Below, in pieces: positions 63,801 to 64,000 of a DNA stretch of 64,000 nucleotides. The position numbers were made by a program, and so were the translations under genes. Positions within the stretch are counted from its first letter, which is position 1. Every line of letters starts with the position of its first letter. This stretch comes from Rhina ancylostomus (lineage: Eukaryota), in the NCBI GenBank assembly GCA_030265395.1, contig JARFYF010000007.1, forward strand, positions 19,494,216 to 19,558,215, given 5' to 3'. The notes under the pieces are model-generated. The model did not search any database, was not told the origin of the DNA, and saw only the letters and a program-made list of their open reading frames with translations.

Positions 63801-64000
63801 ATCAATCAATGCAGGGTGGTGTTATGGCCATAGTAATATTCAGTCTTAATGGGTGTGTGATTTGGAGCTCATTTCATGCAACACGAAGATTTTGAACAAA
63901 TTGCTTCAACCTTAGCCAATTGTCAGGGAAACTGGCTTTTTTTCAGTGAGAACATTCTGTGCATTCTGAACTATTTCGGACACTTTGTATTATTACAAAC

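Noticed and set aside
1-64000. CRISPR arrays, operons, rRNA or genuine tRNA genes, CpG-island promoter
   Set aside because: Eukaryotic intron-exon DNA with no regularly spaced repeat-spacer array. The tRNA-like A/B boxes belong to SINE heads, and the CpG-rich patches are young repeats, so both promoters probably lie outside the window.

Overview
AT-rich, CpG-depleted, intron-rich vertebrate genomic DNA with assembly gaps. The repeat content (V-SINE-like tRNA SINEs, Deu-domain SINEs, CR1/L2/Rex1-like LINE remnants, Penelope-derived palindromic elements) points to a cartilaginous fish, probably a ray or shark (inference). Two convergent, tail-to-tail genes were reconstructed by hand. (1) On the + strand, a voltage-sensing phosphoinositide phosphatase (TPTE/VSP): 16 coding exons from 2156 to 37497, about 471 aa recovered, N-terminus not found. 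It has an intact S1-S4 sensor, HCKGGKGR active site and C2 domain. (2) On the - strand, a complete mitochondrial ornithine carrier SLC25A15/ORNT1: 6 coding exons from 54410 to 39178, 308 aa, with one GC-AG intron. The most notable observations are minimal hammerhead-ribozyme cores in Penelope-derived repeats (including a tandem pair bounded by target-site-like repeats), a 490-bp solo LTR with perfect termini and a 4-bp TSD, a D>Y change in the conserved DGFDLDLTY motif of VSP, a fold-back SINE and a pre-miRNA-sized intronic hairpin. I found no prokaryote-type system and nothing I can claim is a wholly new biological system. Most ORF-track entries are spurious, and repeat boundaries are approximate.
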